Assembly: GCA_965221125.1 (NCBI GenBank)
Contig: CBDCRW010000004.1
Location: 416,001-480,000, forward strand
Length of the DNA: 64,000 nucleotides
Direction of reading: 5' to 3'
From: Alphaproteobacteria bacterium
GTDB taxonomy: Bacteria; Pseudomonadota; Alphaproteobacteria; UBA828
Each line of letters starts with the position of its first letter. The stretch's first letter is position 1. The position numbers and the translations under genes were made by a program. Positions 30,911 through 39,511 of this stretch are shown here, one piece after another. Below the pieces are notes generated by a model. That model was not told where the DNA came from and did not search any database. It worked only from the letters and a program-made list of their open reading frames with translations.

Positions 30911-30936
30911 CCCCAGCTCAGCTTCTCGCAAGCACC

Positions 30937-30966
30937 TTGACCGCCGCCTGATCCCGACTCTACGCT
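30937..30966 (+). promoter_or_regulatory. Candidate sigma70 promoter
   Basis: TTGACC-N18-TACGCT; the predicted start site (~30972-30974) coincides with the 5' end of a long stem. Confidence 0.55.
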
Positions 30967-30973
30967 TACCCCC

Positions 30974-31126
30974 GCTAACGACCACGGGTGCCCGCTCCGT
31001 CGGGTTGCCCGCTGAATACAACAGCCTCTTGACCCGGCCAGGGTCGCTCCTTGGCCCAGGTGAATAGGTGGGGACCTCACACACCCGTGTGTCGTTAGCA
31101 ACGGCCCGGCACCAGCCGGGCTGGCC
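30974..31126 (+). ncRNA. Candidate structured 5' leader / cis-regulatory RNA
   Basis: GCTAACGACCACGGGTG (30974-30990) pairs with CACCCGTGTGTCGTTAGC (31082-31099, one bulge) and encloses several hairpins; a GCCCGGC-ACCA-GCCGGGC hairpin follows, just before the RBS. Confidence 0.5.
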
Positions 31127-32114
31127 TGCAAGGGAGCAAAGATTCATGAACAAGACTATGCTGGCGGTCACCCTCGGCGGTCTCCTTACTCTTTCGGCGT
31201 GTGGTGGCAGCGGTGGCAGCGGTGGCAGCAATACACAACCCGTCACGTCCCTGCCGCCCGCCAATACTCCGACGTTCAACGAAACGCTTGCAGCCGATCC
31301 GACCGCGAACCGAAGTGCCGTAACGCGAGCGGCCACGTCGCTGCCTGCATTCGGGAGTGTCACGCAATCCACAAGCCATAACGTGGCTGGGATATCATCC
31401 GACGCTGCGAGCACCACATTCGATGGGCAGAGACTGATCCTGCGGATTCAGCGCGATGACGCCAGCGCCCTCACCCTGGATACAGCCTCCGACACGCTCG
31501 AGAGTGACGCCCTCGACTCTCTTATTCCCGGGCATGGCGGACGCGGCTGGATTCAGTTGGATGCTAACGCGGCGGGCGCGACGTTAGCCTACACGGGCGT
31601 TTCCTGGTCTAACAGCGATCCCACCGATTACCTGGCGGGCGGCTATTGGCTGCATGCCGCCGGGGACGTCCTCAACGGTTCGGTCACAGGTGTAGAGGTT
31701 GGTGCCTTCGTCGATGGCCCCGAGCTTGATATCGGCAATCCGCCGACCATGCCGATGCAGGGCACTGCCAGCTACAACGGGCTTGCAGAGGGTGTCTATG
31801 CTGGCCGGTATGGCAGCATTGTTCCGGGACAGACCTTGTCGGAAGGGAGCACGGAGACTGGAGTTTGGAGTTCGACCATCGGACTCGCTGCCGACTTCGG
31901 TACCGGCACGATCTCGGGCTGCATCGGGTGTCAGGCTCCCGTCTATGTGACCGGTGTGTACCAAGATGCCGTAATGGGGCTCGGCGCCAATCGGTACCAT
32001 CGGAGCCTGTCCCGATGACGACGAATCGGGTGTCGTTGCCCTTGCACGCTCAGCGTGCTCACGGGGTCTTGCCGGAAGGCGCGCCCCAATCCTTCGAGAG
32101 GAAAGGGCAACGAC

Positions 32115-33158
32115 ATGGCTGTCTATATCGGGCTGGATGTATCGCTGGCAAGCACGACAATCTGCGTGATCGGCGACAAGGGCAAGATCGTGACCGAGGC
32201 TCAGGTCGCCAGCACGCCTGACGCGTTGGTTGCGTTCATGGGCAAGCTGGAGCACGAGATCGCCGTGATCGGTCTTGAGGCCGGTCCCCTGTCCCACTGG
32301 TTGCACAAGGGGCTGACCGACGCCGGCTTCGAGGCCGTCCTTATGGAGACCCGGCGGGTGAAGGCGGCGCTGAAGGCGATGCCGATCAAGACGGATCGCC
32401 GGGATGCCGAGGGCATCGCACGGCTCTTGCAGATGGGCTGGTTCAGGCCGGTGCACTGCAAGTCGGTATCGTCGCAGGAGATGCGCGCACTGCTGACCTC
32501 GCGCAGGTCCGTGAAGGGCGCGCTCACCGATATGGAACTCTCGCTGCGCGGCGTGTTGCGCAACTTTGGCCTGAAGCTGGGCCAGGTCTCGAAGGGCCGC
32601 TGGGAGGCCCGCGTCCGGGAGTTGATCGCAGGCAACGCGATGCTGGAGGCCGCCGCCGAACCGATCCTGCGCGCGCGGGTGGCTCTGCGCCGCGAGCTGG
32701 CCGGCCTGGAGAAGCTGGTCCGCGATCTGGCCAGGGAGGATCCGGTATGCCGGCTGCTGATGACCATGCCCGGCGTAGGCGCGGTCGTGGCCCTGACCTT
32801 CAAATCGGCGATTGACGATCCCGGGCGGTTCCGGAGATCGAAGGATGTCGGCCCCTGGGTGGGACTGACGCCGGGCCGGGACCAATCCGGCGAGCGAGAT
32901 ATTGTCGGCGGCATCACGAAGTGCGGCGACGCAGGTCTGCGTACCGCGCTCTATCAGGCCGCCACGGTGATGCTGAACGGCACCGCCGGGCCGAACTGGC
33001 TGAAGGCCTGGGCGCTTCGTCTGGCGAAGCTCCGTGGCAAGAAGCGTGCGACCGTCGCCCTGGCCCGGCGCATCGGCGTGGTACTTCACCGGATGTGGCG
33101 GGACGGCACCGAGTTCCGCTTCACGCGCGAGGAGGCGATGGCGCTCCAGACGGCATAG
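32115..33158 (+). CDS. IS110 family transposase/recombinase (DEDD RuvC-like + Tnp20 domain)
   Basis: YIGLDVS, IGLEAG, KTDRRDAEGIA, MPGVG, GLTPGRDQSGE (catalytic Ser), GITKCG, VALARR. Confidence 0.96.
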   Translation: MAVYIGLDVSLASTTICVIGDKGKIVTEAQVASTPDALVAFMGKLEHEIAVIGLEAGPLSHWLHKGLTDAGFEAVLMETRRVKAALKAMPIKTDRRDAEGIARLLQMGWFRPVHCKSVSSQEMRALLTSRRSVKGALTDMELSLRGVLRNFGLKLGQVSKGRWEARVRELIAGNAMLEAAAEPILRARVALRRELAGLEKLVRDLAREDPVCRLLMTMPGVGAVVALTFKSAIDDPGRFRRSKDVGPWVGLTPGRDQSGERDIVGGITKCGDAGLRTALYQAATVMLNGTAGPNWLKAWALRLAKLRGKKRATVALARRIGVVLHRMWRDGTEFRFTREEAMALQTA

Positions 33159-33229
33159 GCGCGGCTGCATCCCACCGGCAATCGGAAGCGAGAGGAGGAA
33201 AGAGCCGCGCCTGAAGGTGGCGATCCACC

Positions 33230-33410
33230 GGTGTCCCCTCGCCGGGACGCGGTTCCCGTTGATGCACGCGCTGCGTCTTGTCGGCCGAACCGTTTCATCG
33301 CGTTCGAGCACGCGACCAAGATCGGCACTCGGGAATCGTTTGGACCAGGCATGACGTTGGCAGCCGCTGCGCTGACCACGGACGGAAGCGAGAGCCTGGC
33401 GACGGACACA
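33230..33410 (+). ncRNA. Candidate bridge/seek RNA of the IS110 element (ends approximate)
   Basis: Two stem-bounded internal loops; one contains matches to the target (33269-33280, 33315-33322), the other to the donor junction (33348-33352, 33382-33388). Confidence 0.7.
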
Positions 33411-34053
33411 TCCGGGAATCCCGCTTCCTTCTTTGCCGCGCAGACGAGTCAGTTAGCCGCTCCCGCCATGGCAATCCGCTATGTTGACCGCGCCTGTGAT
33501 TCGATTTGCAACAGGCTACGGTGCTTCATGTGCGAGCCACCGTGCCAGGCCGGAAGATCGTGAAGATCGGTGTTTGACATCAACCGCCCCATTACGGAAG
33601 ATGCGGCGACGGGGGAGGTCGGTGATTTTGCCGACGTAGCGACCGCTTATCGGGTTCACCTGGGCGCAGCGTCGTTTGATCCGAATGGAACCTTCCGCAG
33701 TCAGGATGTGAGCATGAGTCTTGGCGGAGTGCCGTTGAGCGGGGGCGGCGCATGGGGAGGCCAGTTCTCCAACATCCCCGACGGCGACGGCGATCCACGT
33801 CTTGTTGCCGGAACTGCTGGCGGTGAATTCACCACGCCTGTCGGCGGCGAGGGCGCATTCATCGGCGCCTATTACGGCACTACGGAATAATGCAGCGGCT
33901 TGAAGAGTCTGGGAACTTAAGGTCGGAGGCCAAGCACTAGGCGGGGCGAGTTGCGCTGATGGACAGTGGGTCGCATGGCCATGAGAGCCATGCCGTCCCC
34001 CAAAATCCTGAACGGCGGTCTGACCTCCTCGTGCGGGAGGATCAGGCCGTAGA

Positions 34054-35058
34054 GGGTCTATCCCCGCGCGGGCGGGGGAGCCGCAATCCGCCCCGTATTC
34101 CACGCGCCCCAGGAGGGTCTATCCCCGCGCGGGCGGGGGAGCCGGATCGGGGGCGGACAAGAGCCTGGCGATCAAGGGTCTATCCCCGCGCGGGCGGGGG
34201 AGCCACGTAGTTTCGGAACTCGCCGTCGCCAGTGGCGGGTCTATCCCCGCGCGGGCGGGGGAGCCTTCCTGCAGCTCTTCGGCTCGGCGGCCGAGTGGGG
34301 TCTATCCCCGCGCGGGCGGGGGAGCCTCCGCCAGCTCAGCCACCAGGCTATACGCCTCGGGTCTATCCCCGCGCGGGCGGGGGAGCCACGATGTACGGGC
34401 GCTGGCGGGCATATCGCCAGGGTCTATCCCCGCGCGGGCGGGGGAGCCGTCTCGCCGGGGATGTAAGGTTCGCCGCGATAGGGTCTATCCCCGCGCGGGC
34501 GGGGGAGCCAAATCACTACGAAACAGCCTCACCGTAATGTTGGGTCTATCCCCGCGCGGGCGGGGGAGCCACGACCGGGGCGGTGGTCCCGACATCGGTG
34601 GCGGGTCTATCCCCGCGCGGGCGGGGGAGCCATCGGACGATACAGGAGCAGGCCGTTCTTCTCGGGTCTATCCCCGCGCGGGCGGGGGAGCCGCGTAGGC
34701 CACACTGATGTTGGTCAGTGGGCGGGGTCTATCCCCGCGCGGGCGGGGGAGCCAATTCGTGGTGCGAACCCTGGTGTCTGATCTGGGGTCTATCCCCGCG
34801 CGGGCGGGGGAGCCGGTTGAGACCGGCGTTCGCGAATGCATCCGCCGGGTCTATCCCCGCGCGGGCGGGGGAGCCGCCTCCTTACCAAGATCAGCACCAA
34901 TTGGATTGGGTCTATCCCCGCGCGGGCGGGGGAGCCGTAAGCAAATCCGTCCACTTCAACGTAAGCCGGGGTCTATCCCCGCGCGGGCGGGGGAGCCAGG
35001 TCGATGGCGTACTCAAGACCGCCCTCGCCGGGTCTATCCCCGCGCGGGCGGGGGAGCC
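34054..35058 (-). CRISPR. Type I-E CRISPR array, 17 repeats and 16 spacers
   Basis: 29-bp repeat GGGTCTATCCCCGCGCGGGCGGGGGAGCC (+ strand) at an exact 61-bp period with 32-bp unique spacers; leader on the cas2 side implies minus-strand transcription. Confidence 0.98.
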
Positions 35059-35100
35059 TCTAGCGATCAACACTTTGATGTATTTACGATGTCAAAGAGC
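35059..35100 (-). promoter_or_regulatory. CRISPR leader with IHF-like site
   Basis: AT-rich; minus strand reads GCTCTTTGACATCGTAAATACATCAAAGTGTTGATCGCTAGA and contains ATCAA-N4-TTG; overlaps the cas2 stop codon. Confidence 0.7.
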
Positions 35101-35415
35101 AGTGGGCGATGTACGCGAATCCCCTTGCCGTTTTACGAGAAGGACACCGTCTGCGTCCACGATCTCTTTGGGAGGCGCGCCGAGCGTCCGTATGCGGAGA
35201 TTTCCGACGGCTTGCGTGTCCCTCCATACCAGGACGATCGATCCTGTGCGCAGTGCCGACCACCATGCCGACAGCACGTCCCACACCCGTGTCCGCACGC
35301 CCGCCGACAGGTCGGGCGCCACGTAGACTCCGGGTGCAACTTCAAGCATGACGGAGGTCAGAAAGCCGCGATAGCGAGGTTCCACGTTACGGGTGACGAC
35401 CATTGCCATGGGCAT
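35092..35415 (-). CDS. cas2: Type I-E CRISPR-associated Cas2
   Basis: VVTRNVEPRYRGFL...MLEVAPGVYV...VRTRVW...DADGVLL. Confidence 0.93.
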   Translation of the reverse strand: MPMAMVVTRNVEPRYRGFLTSVMLEVAPGVYVAPDLSAGVRTRVWDVLSAWWSALRTGSIVLVWRDTQAVGNLRIRTLGAPPKEIVDADGVLLVKRQGDSRTSPTAL

Positions 35416-35422
35416 CGTCCGA

Positions 35423-36307
35423 TCACTCCTCCCCGGAGGGGTCCTCGAAAAGAGATTTTATTCGCTCGATCATCGCTGGGATCACATGTTCGCGTGCCAA
35501 TGTTTCCCCCGTCAGCCGGCGGGCAAGCCGCTCGATGTTTTCATCCGGGCGTTCAGTGATCCGCTTGGCGGCACGGAAAGCGGAGGGAATGGTAATGCTG
35601 TCGCGATGAAGGTCAGCGATGTCCAGAACGAACGACTGCCCCGGATCCTCGTGGATGAAGCCGAGTTGCGGGATCGTCGCGGTAGCGGCGACGGCGATGG
35701 CGGCGGCGCCCTCGACCGCGCTCGATGCGTGGTTGAGGGCCTGATTGGGAAAGTCCGCCGCTCCCGGGTCAGCGCGATCATAGCGGCGTCCACGCCACTC
35801 GATCCGGGCTCGCTGGGCGTGCAAGCGATAACTCTCCTTCATTCGCGCGCCCTCGATGCCGCGCAGAACGTCCAGCGAGCGATGCGGCAATATTTCGCCC
35901 AGTCGCCAGGCATACATGCGACGGGCGACGGCAATACGTTCGGCGTCGTCGGCCCATAGCCGCGCTTGCCGCCGCGCCAGGCCGGAGCGGTCGGGAATCA
36001 GCGGCGGGGCGGTGTAGAGACGAACCCCATCCTCTCCCACCGCCGCGAGCCCGGTGCGCGCGTAGGCAAGTAGACGCAACGCGTCATGGCTGACCGTGGA
36101 GCCGGGGCCGAGCAAAATCATCGATACCCCCTGAAGCGGGATCGCGTAATCCCCGGGCCCGAGCGCGTCCGCCGCGGTCGCTTGCCCTTGCAGGAAGGCG
36201 AGCGTGCCGTCTCGGGCTGTCAACGCGCCGCGCGCAAGATAGAGCAACCCGGCCCGATCCCTGTGCGGGACCTTGGCGCTGTCGAGTCCAAGCCGGCCCT
36301 TCAGCAT
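35423..36307 (-). CDS. cas1: Type I-E CRISPR-associated Cas1
   Basis: LLGPGSTVSHDAL, LRGIEGARMK, NQALN, LGFIH, SFVLDIADL. Confidence 0.96.
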   Translation of the reverse strand: MLKGRLGLDSAKVPHRDRAGLLYLARGALTARDGTLAFLQGQATAADALGPGDYAIPLQGVSMILLGPGSTVSHDALRLLAYARTGLAAVGEDGVRLYTAPPLIPDRSGLARRQARLWADDAERIAVARRMYAWRLGEILPHRSLDVLRGIEGARMKESYRLHAQRARIEWRGRRYDRADPGAADFPNQALNHASSAVEGAAAIAVAATATIPQLGFIHEDPGQSFVLDIADLHRDSITIPSAFRAAKRITERPDENIERLARRLTGETLAREHVIPAMIERIKSLFEDPSGEE

Positions 36308-37087
36308 CTACCGCACCGGAACCGGGCGGCCGGGCGGGCGCAGCAGCAGCATGCCGTAGCCATAGGCTCGATGCCGCCCAACGCCCCGCATCAGCAGCGC
36401 GGAGAACGCCGTCGGATCAGCCACGACGAGAACGCCGTGCACGGTCGCGTCCGGCCCCTCAGAATCGTGATTCTCTCGTGCGACCCGCTGGCGTCGGAAA
36501 CGAACAAGACGAGTTGCTGAACGGTCGAGCGTGGCCGTGGGGGTCAGCCGTTCGGCCAGCCAGTCGAGATAGACCTCCTGCCGTGTCCGGCCCTCGTTGC
36601 TCATGCCGTCCGGCGCTTCGGGGTGGCCGCGCAAGGCCTCTACCAGAAACGCATCGACCTCGCGGCCAGCGCGCACCCGCTCTCTCGAGCCGTTCAGGTC
36701 GCGCCGCAGGCGTCGGATCGGTCGAGCCCGCAGATCGAAGCCCAACCGTTGCCCCGCGCGCCAGTCCGCCGGCATCAGCTTGCTCTCCAGCCCTTCGAGG
36801 CGCAGGACCTTCAAGTGTTCCGGCAGGGCCTGGACGTCCGCCGCGGCGCACAAGGCTTCCGCGTCCATTGCCGAGTACGCGTAGAGATTGCCGGCCCGTC
36901 TGCGGGGCGGGACGAGAAACCTGAAGCAGGGGAGGACTCCCGGTCCCCAGACTTCGGTCACGAGATGGTGCAGGGCGCGGCCTTCGTCATACACGGCGTC
37001 TTTCGATCCGGTCCAACCGCGTTCGCCGGCCCATCGACCTAACTGGCCGGTGTCGACGGGAGCGCGGACCAGATGGAACGCCGTCAT
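36308..37087 (-). CDS. cas6e: Type I-E Cas6e/Cse3
   Basis: C-terminal G-loop GVGRHRAYGYGML; position between cas5 and cas1. Confidence 0.92.
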   Translation of the reverse strand: MTAFHLVRAPVDTGQLGRWAGERGWTGSKDAVYDEGRALHHLVTEVWGPGVLPCFRFLVPPRRRAGNLYAYSAMDAEALCAAADVQALPEHLKVLRLEGLESKLMPADWRAGQRLGFDLRARPIRRLRRDLNGSRERVRAGREVDAFLVEALRGHPEAPDGMSNEGRTRQEVYLDWLAERLTPTATLDRSATRLVRFRRQRVARENHDSEGPDATVHGVLVVADPTAFSALLMRGVGRHRAYGYGMLLLRPPGRPVPVR

Positions 37088-37806
37088 GCCGCTGCGGCCG
37101 GAACGATCCAACCCTCTACCACCCGGCGCGTCCCGCCGTGCAGACCGGTGCGCCAGTTCCGCAGGTCGGCCAAATCGGCAACGCGATCCACGTTGTCACC
37201 CGACTCAGGCCCCTGGCCGGAGGGCCATTGGGCGCGCGCTGGCGTTCCGGCACCGGGTACGGCGCGGAGTGCTTCCCAGGCGGTGCCGGCGCTCACCCAC
37301 CGCTCGTCTCCACTCGCTAGCAGCAGTGCTGAGGGCAGGCACGGCTTGCGCCCCAGGAACAGCGGCCGCGCGGGTCGGTCGAGCGCCTCCGCCACCGCGA
37401 CGAGAGTCGGCGCTTCCTCGGCCGGATCCAGACGCAGGACGATGCGCAGCAATGCGTCGGCTAAGTAGTCTCGAAACCGCCTGTGCGGCGCGTCGTAACT
37501 GGCACCTGTCCGTCCCTCCGGCGCGCCATGGGTCGTCCAGCCCTTGTCCTTCCCGGCGAGTTGCGCATTCTGCGCGTCGGTCAACACCGCACCCTCCCGG
37601 TCGCAACGGGCCGCGAAGACCAACCGATCCTGCGTCGCTTGATGCGCGTCCCGGTCCGACCAGTGCCAGCCAAGTGCGTTGCCTATCAGCCCTGTCAGCA
37701 TCGAGGCGGCCGGGAAGTTCCGCGTCGGGCCGACCTGGTCGATGGCCACGCCGCCATAGGCCATCAGGGGCGCTTCGAGGCGCAGGATCAGCCAGTGGTG
37801 CGTCAC
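37084..37806 (-). CDS. cas5: Type I-E Cas5/CasD
   Basis: GTG start; LILRLEAPLMAYG, PAASMLTGLIGNALG, RDYLAD, LFLGRKPCLPS. Confidence 0.93.
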   Translation of the reverse strand: MTHHWLILRLEAPLMAYGGVAIDQVGPTRNFPAASMLTGLIGNALGWHWSDRDAHQATQDRLVFAARCDREGAVLTDAQNAQLAGKDKGWTTHGAPEGRTGASYDAPHRRFRDYLADALLRIVLRLDPAEEAPTLVAVAEALDRPARPLFLGRKPCLPSALLLASGDERWVSAGTAWEALRAVPGAGTPARAQWPSGQGPESGDNVDRVADLADLRNWRTGLHGGTRRVVEGWIVPAAAA

Positions 37807-38933
37807 GGCATAGCCCTTTCCGGCAGGGTTCGGGCCCATTCGGCCAAATCGGCCAGCGTACCGCGCTCGGCGCCAGGGAGATTGGTCTCGTTCGCCAGCG
37901 ACATCGCCCGCCGCTCCTCGCCAGTAGCGTAGGCTTGGTCTAGCGCGACGAGATGATTTGTGAGCGCCTCGATTGCCGGGCCCACGTGCGGAGCGCAAGG
38001 TGTCCGGTATGCCTCGGCGAGGCTGCGCGGCTGCCGGTCGCCGGCCTCCAGTAGCATTAGGGCCGCCCGGCCGTAAGGGGCGGTCGAGCCCAGCTTGGCG
38101 CCCGGTGAGACCTCGGCGATCAGGTAGACGAGATTGTGCAGCACGCTGCCCGCCATGCCGGTGTCGCAGCCGAGATTTGTCGCGAGGCCGGACAGATCGA
38201 CCGCGACGTAGCCATAGAACAGGCCGGAAGTGAGTTCGGTCTCCTGGATCGTGTCCGCACCGGGCTCGTCCTCCCCAAGATCGTCGACCGCCGTGAAGTA
38301 GTCGCTCTCCGGCTCTTCCTCGTGGACGGTGAAGGCATGGGCGACATGCACGGGCGCAGTGATGTTGGCTTCCGGATCGGATGTGACCATGCGCCCGAAC
38401 AACGCGGAGACCAAGCCGGCAGGCAGCGATGCGCCGTCGCGCATCGTCTTGATGTTCGCCTTGAAGTCCTTTCGCCATTTCTGGGCGCCGTCTGCCGCCG
38501 CTTTCGCATCGTCAGACGCCTGTTGCGCCAAATCCTCGGCCTGCTTCTTGAGCCAATTCAGCTCCGGTTCGCCCAACAGCAGTGTCTGGCGACTCGCCCT
38601 GTCGCCGCCCTTGTCACCATAGACTGCCACTTGAAATTCGCCTTCAAGAGCCGCGACAACGTCCTCGGAGAAGTTATCGCGCAAGGGACCGATGACCTTG
38701 CGTGTGACCAACTCGCGCGAACGGAACGCCGCAGTCGCTCCGTCAATCCTGTCCAGCCCGTGCGGATCATCGGCGATGCGCCAATGCCGCTTCAGGCACT
38801 GTGAGGAAATCCGCGTGCGCAGCGCTCTGCCGTAGGGTAACCGCTTGGCCAATCCGCTGTCGTCGCGGTTGAGCAGCGCGGCTGTATAGGAGGTCAAGGT
38901 GTGAACTTGGAGAAAACGGGGACGGGTCATCAT
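37803..38933 (-). CDS. cas7: Type I-E Cas7/Cse4
   Basis: LNRDDSGLAK, RISSQCLKR, ALFGRM, VAHAFTVH, DYFTAVDD. Confidence 0.96.
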   Translation of the reverse strand: MMTRPRFLQVHTLTSYTAALLNRDDSGLAKRLPYGRALRTRISSQCLKRHWRIADDPHGLDRIDGATAAFRSRELVTRKVIGPLRDNFSEDVVAALEGEFQVAVYGDKGGDRASRQTLLLGEPELNWLKKQAEDLAQQASDDAKAAADGAQKWRKDFKANIKTMRDGASLPAGLVSALFGRMVTSDPEANITAPVHVAHAFTVHEEEPESDYFTAVDDLGEDEPGADTIQETELTSGLFYGYVAVDLSGLATNLGCDTGMAGSVLHNLVYLIAEVSPGAKLGSTAPYGRAALMLLEAGDRQPRSLAEAYRTPCAPHVGPAIEALTNHLVALDQAYATGEERRAMSLANETNLPGAERGTLADLAEWARTLPERAMP

Positions 38934-39511
38934 TCCGTTCCTTCCTCTGATTCCTGGGCCGCGAGCTCTGCGTGGTCGAGCCGGCGGTAGTAGGGTTCGG
39001 CCAGTTGACGTCGGTTATCGGGCGCCAACAGTGTATAGGCGATATCGATGACATTGATGCCGCCGCTTGGGTCGCGGCTCCGGGCCAGGGCGCGGGCCGC
39101 GCGCGTCAGCAGGACGGCGCGCTGCGGCCCACGCGCTGCCATAAGTTGCGCGAGACGCCGTTCGCTGAACACGGGTCTGGGAGGTCCATCGCCCGGCGGT
39201 GGCCATTTCTGGTCGCCTCCGTCACACAACACTTCACCGAGAGAGCGTCGGCGATCGTGCAGAGGGCGGCGCCTGGCGGGATTGCCCTTCTCGGTGAGAA
39301 TCGCAAGGACACGCACGATGGCGGTCCATTCGTGGTGTTGCTTTCGGTTTCCGATGGTGTCGGGATGCCGCGCGGCCAGTCGCCAGAATTCCGGCGCCGC
39401 CGCCTCTTCGGTCATCAGGCGCAATTCTGCAAGTGGGCCAGGTGGTAGGTGCTGCAACCTCTTGGCGGCGGCGCACGCGGCTTCCGCCGGTTTGTCATCA
39501 GACAGCGTCAT
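38930..39511 (-). CDS. cse2: Type I-E small subunit Cse2/CasB (Cas11)
   Basis: PGPLAELR, FWRL, SERRLAQL; located between cas8e and cas7. Confidence 0.8.
   Translation of the reverse strand: MTLSDDKPAEAACAAAKRLQHLPPGPLAELRLMTEEAAAPEFWRLAARHPDTIGNRKQHHEWTAIVRVLAILTEKGNPARRRPLHDRRRSLGEVLCDGGDQKWPPPGDGPPRPVFSERRLAQLMAARGPQRAVLLTRAARALARSRDPSGGINVIDIAYTLLAPDNRRQLAEPYYRRLDHAELAAQESEEGTE

Larger units (their letters stand above)
31969..33597 (+). mobile_element. IS110-family insertion sequence, IS1111-like
   Basis: 12-bp inverted repeats CCGTAATGGGGC (31969-31980) and GCCCCATTACGG (33586-33597); AAGATG on both flanks (31963-31968, 33598-33603); long 3' non-coding end; outward-facing TTGACA at 33574-33579. 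Confidence 0.92.
31146..33890 (+). pseudogene. Surface lipoprotein (transferrin-binding-protein-like C-terminal barrel), interrupted by an IS110-family element
   Basis: Lipobox LSAC followed by a GGSGGSGG linker. Joining 31146-31968 to 33604-33890 restores one 369-aa frame (...GVYQD|AATGEV...WGGQFSN...PRLVAGTAGG...FIGAYYG). Confidence 0.85.

Noticed and set aside
30985-31040. TPP riboswitch or hammerhead ribozyme resemblance in the leader
   Set aside because: It lacks the CUGAGA...ACCUG...GGGAA core of TPP and the CUGAUGA/GAAA core of hammerheads.
31963-33603. AAGATG flanks read as a DDE-type 6-bp target-site duplication
   Set aside because: The enzyme is an IS110 DEDD recombinase, so the repeat is better explained as sequence shared by donor junction and target. 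The exact crossover within it cannot be fixed from one copy.
34015-34050. Possible degenerate terminal CRISPR repeat
   Set aside because: It is a hairpin (CGGTCTGACCTCC / GGAGGATCAGGCCG) with little similarity to the repeat and is off the 61-bp register; more likely terminator-like.
34144-34175. Spacer sharing AGAGCCTGGCGA with the IS non-coding end; another spacer (34876-34907) shares TACCAAGAT with the IS target
   Set aside because: Only 12 and 9 nt with mismatched flanks, which is expected by chance across 16 spacers and 64 kb. Not self-targeting.
33959-35559. ORFs with repeating GLSPRGRGS / VYPRAGGG peptides
   Set aside because: These are translations of CRISPR repeats, not proteins.
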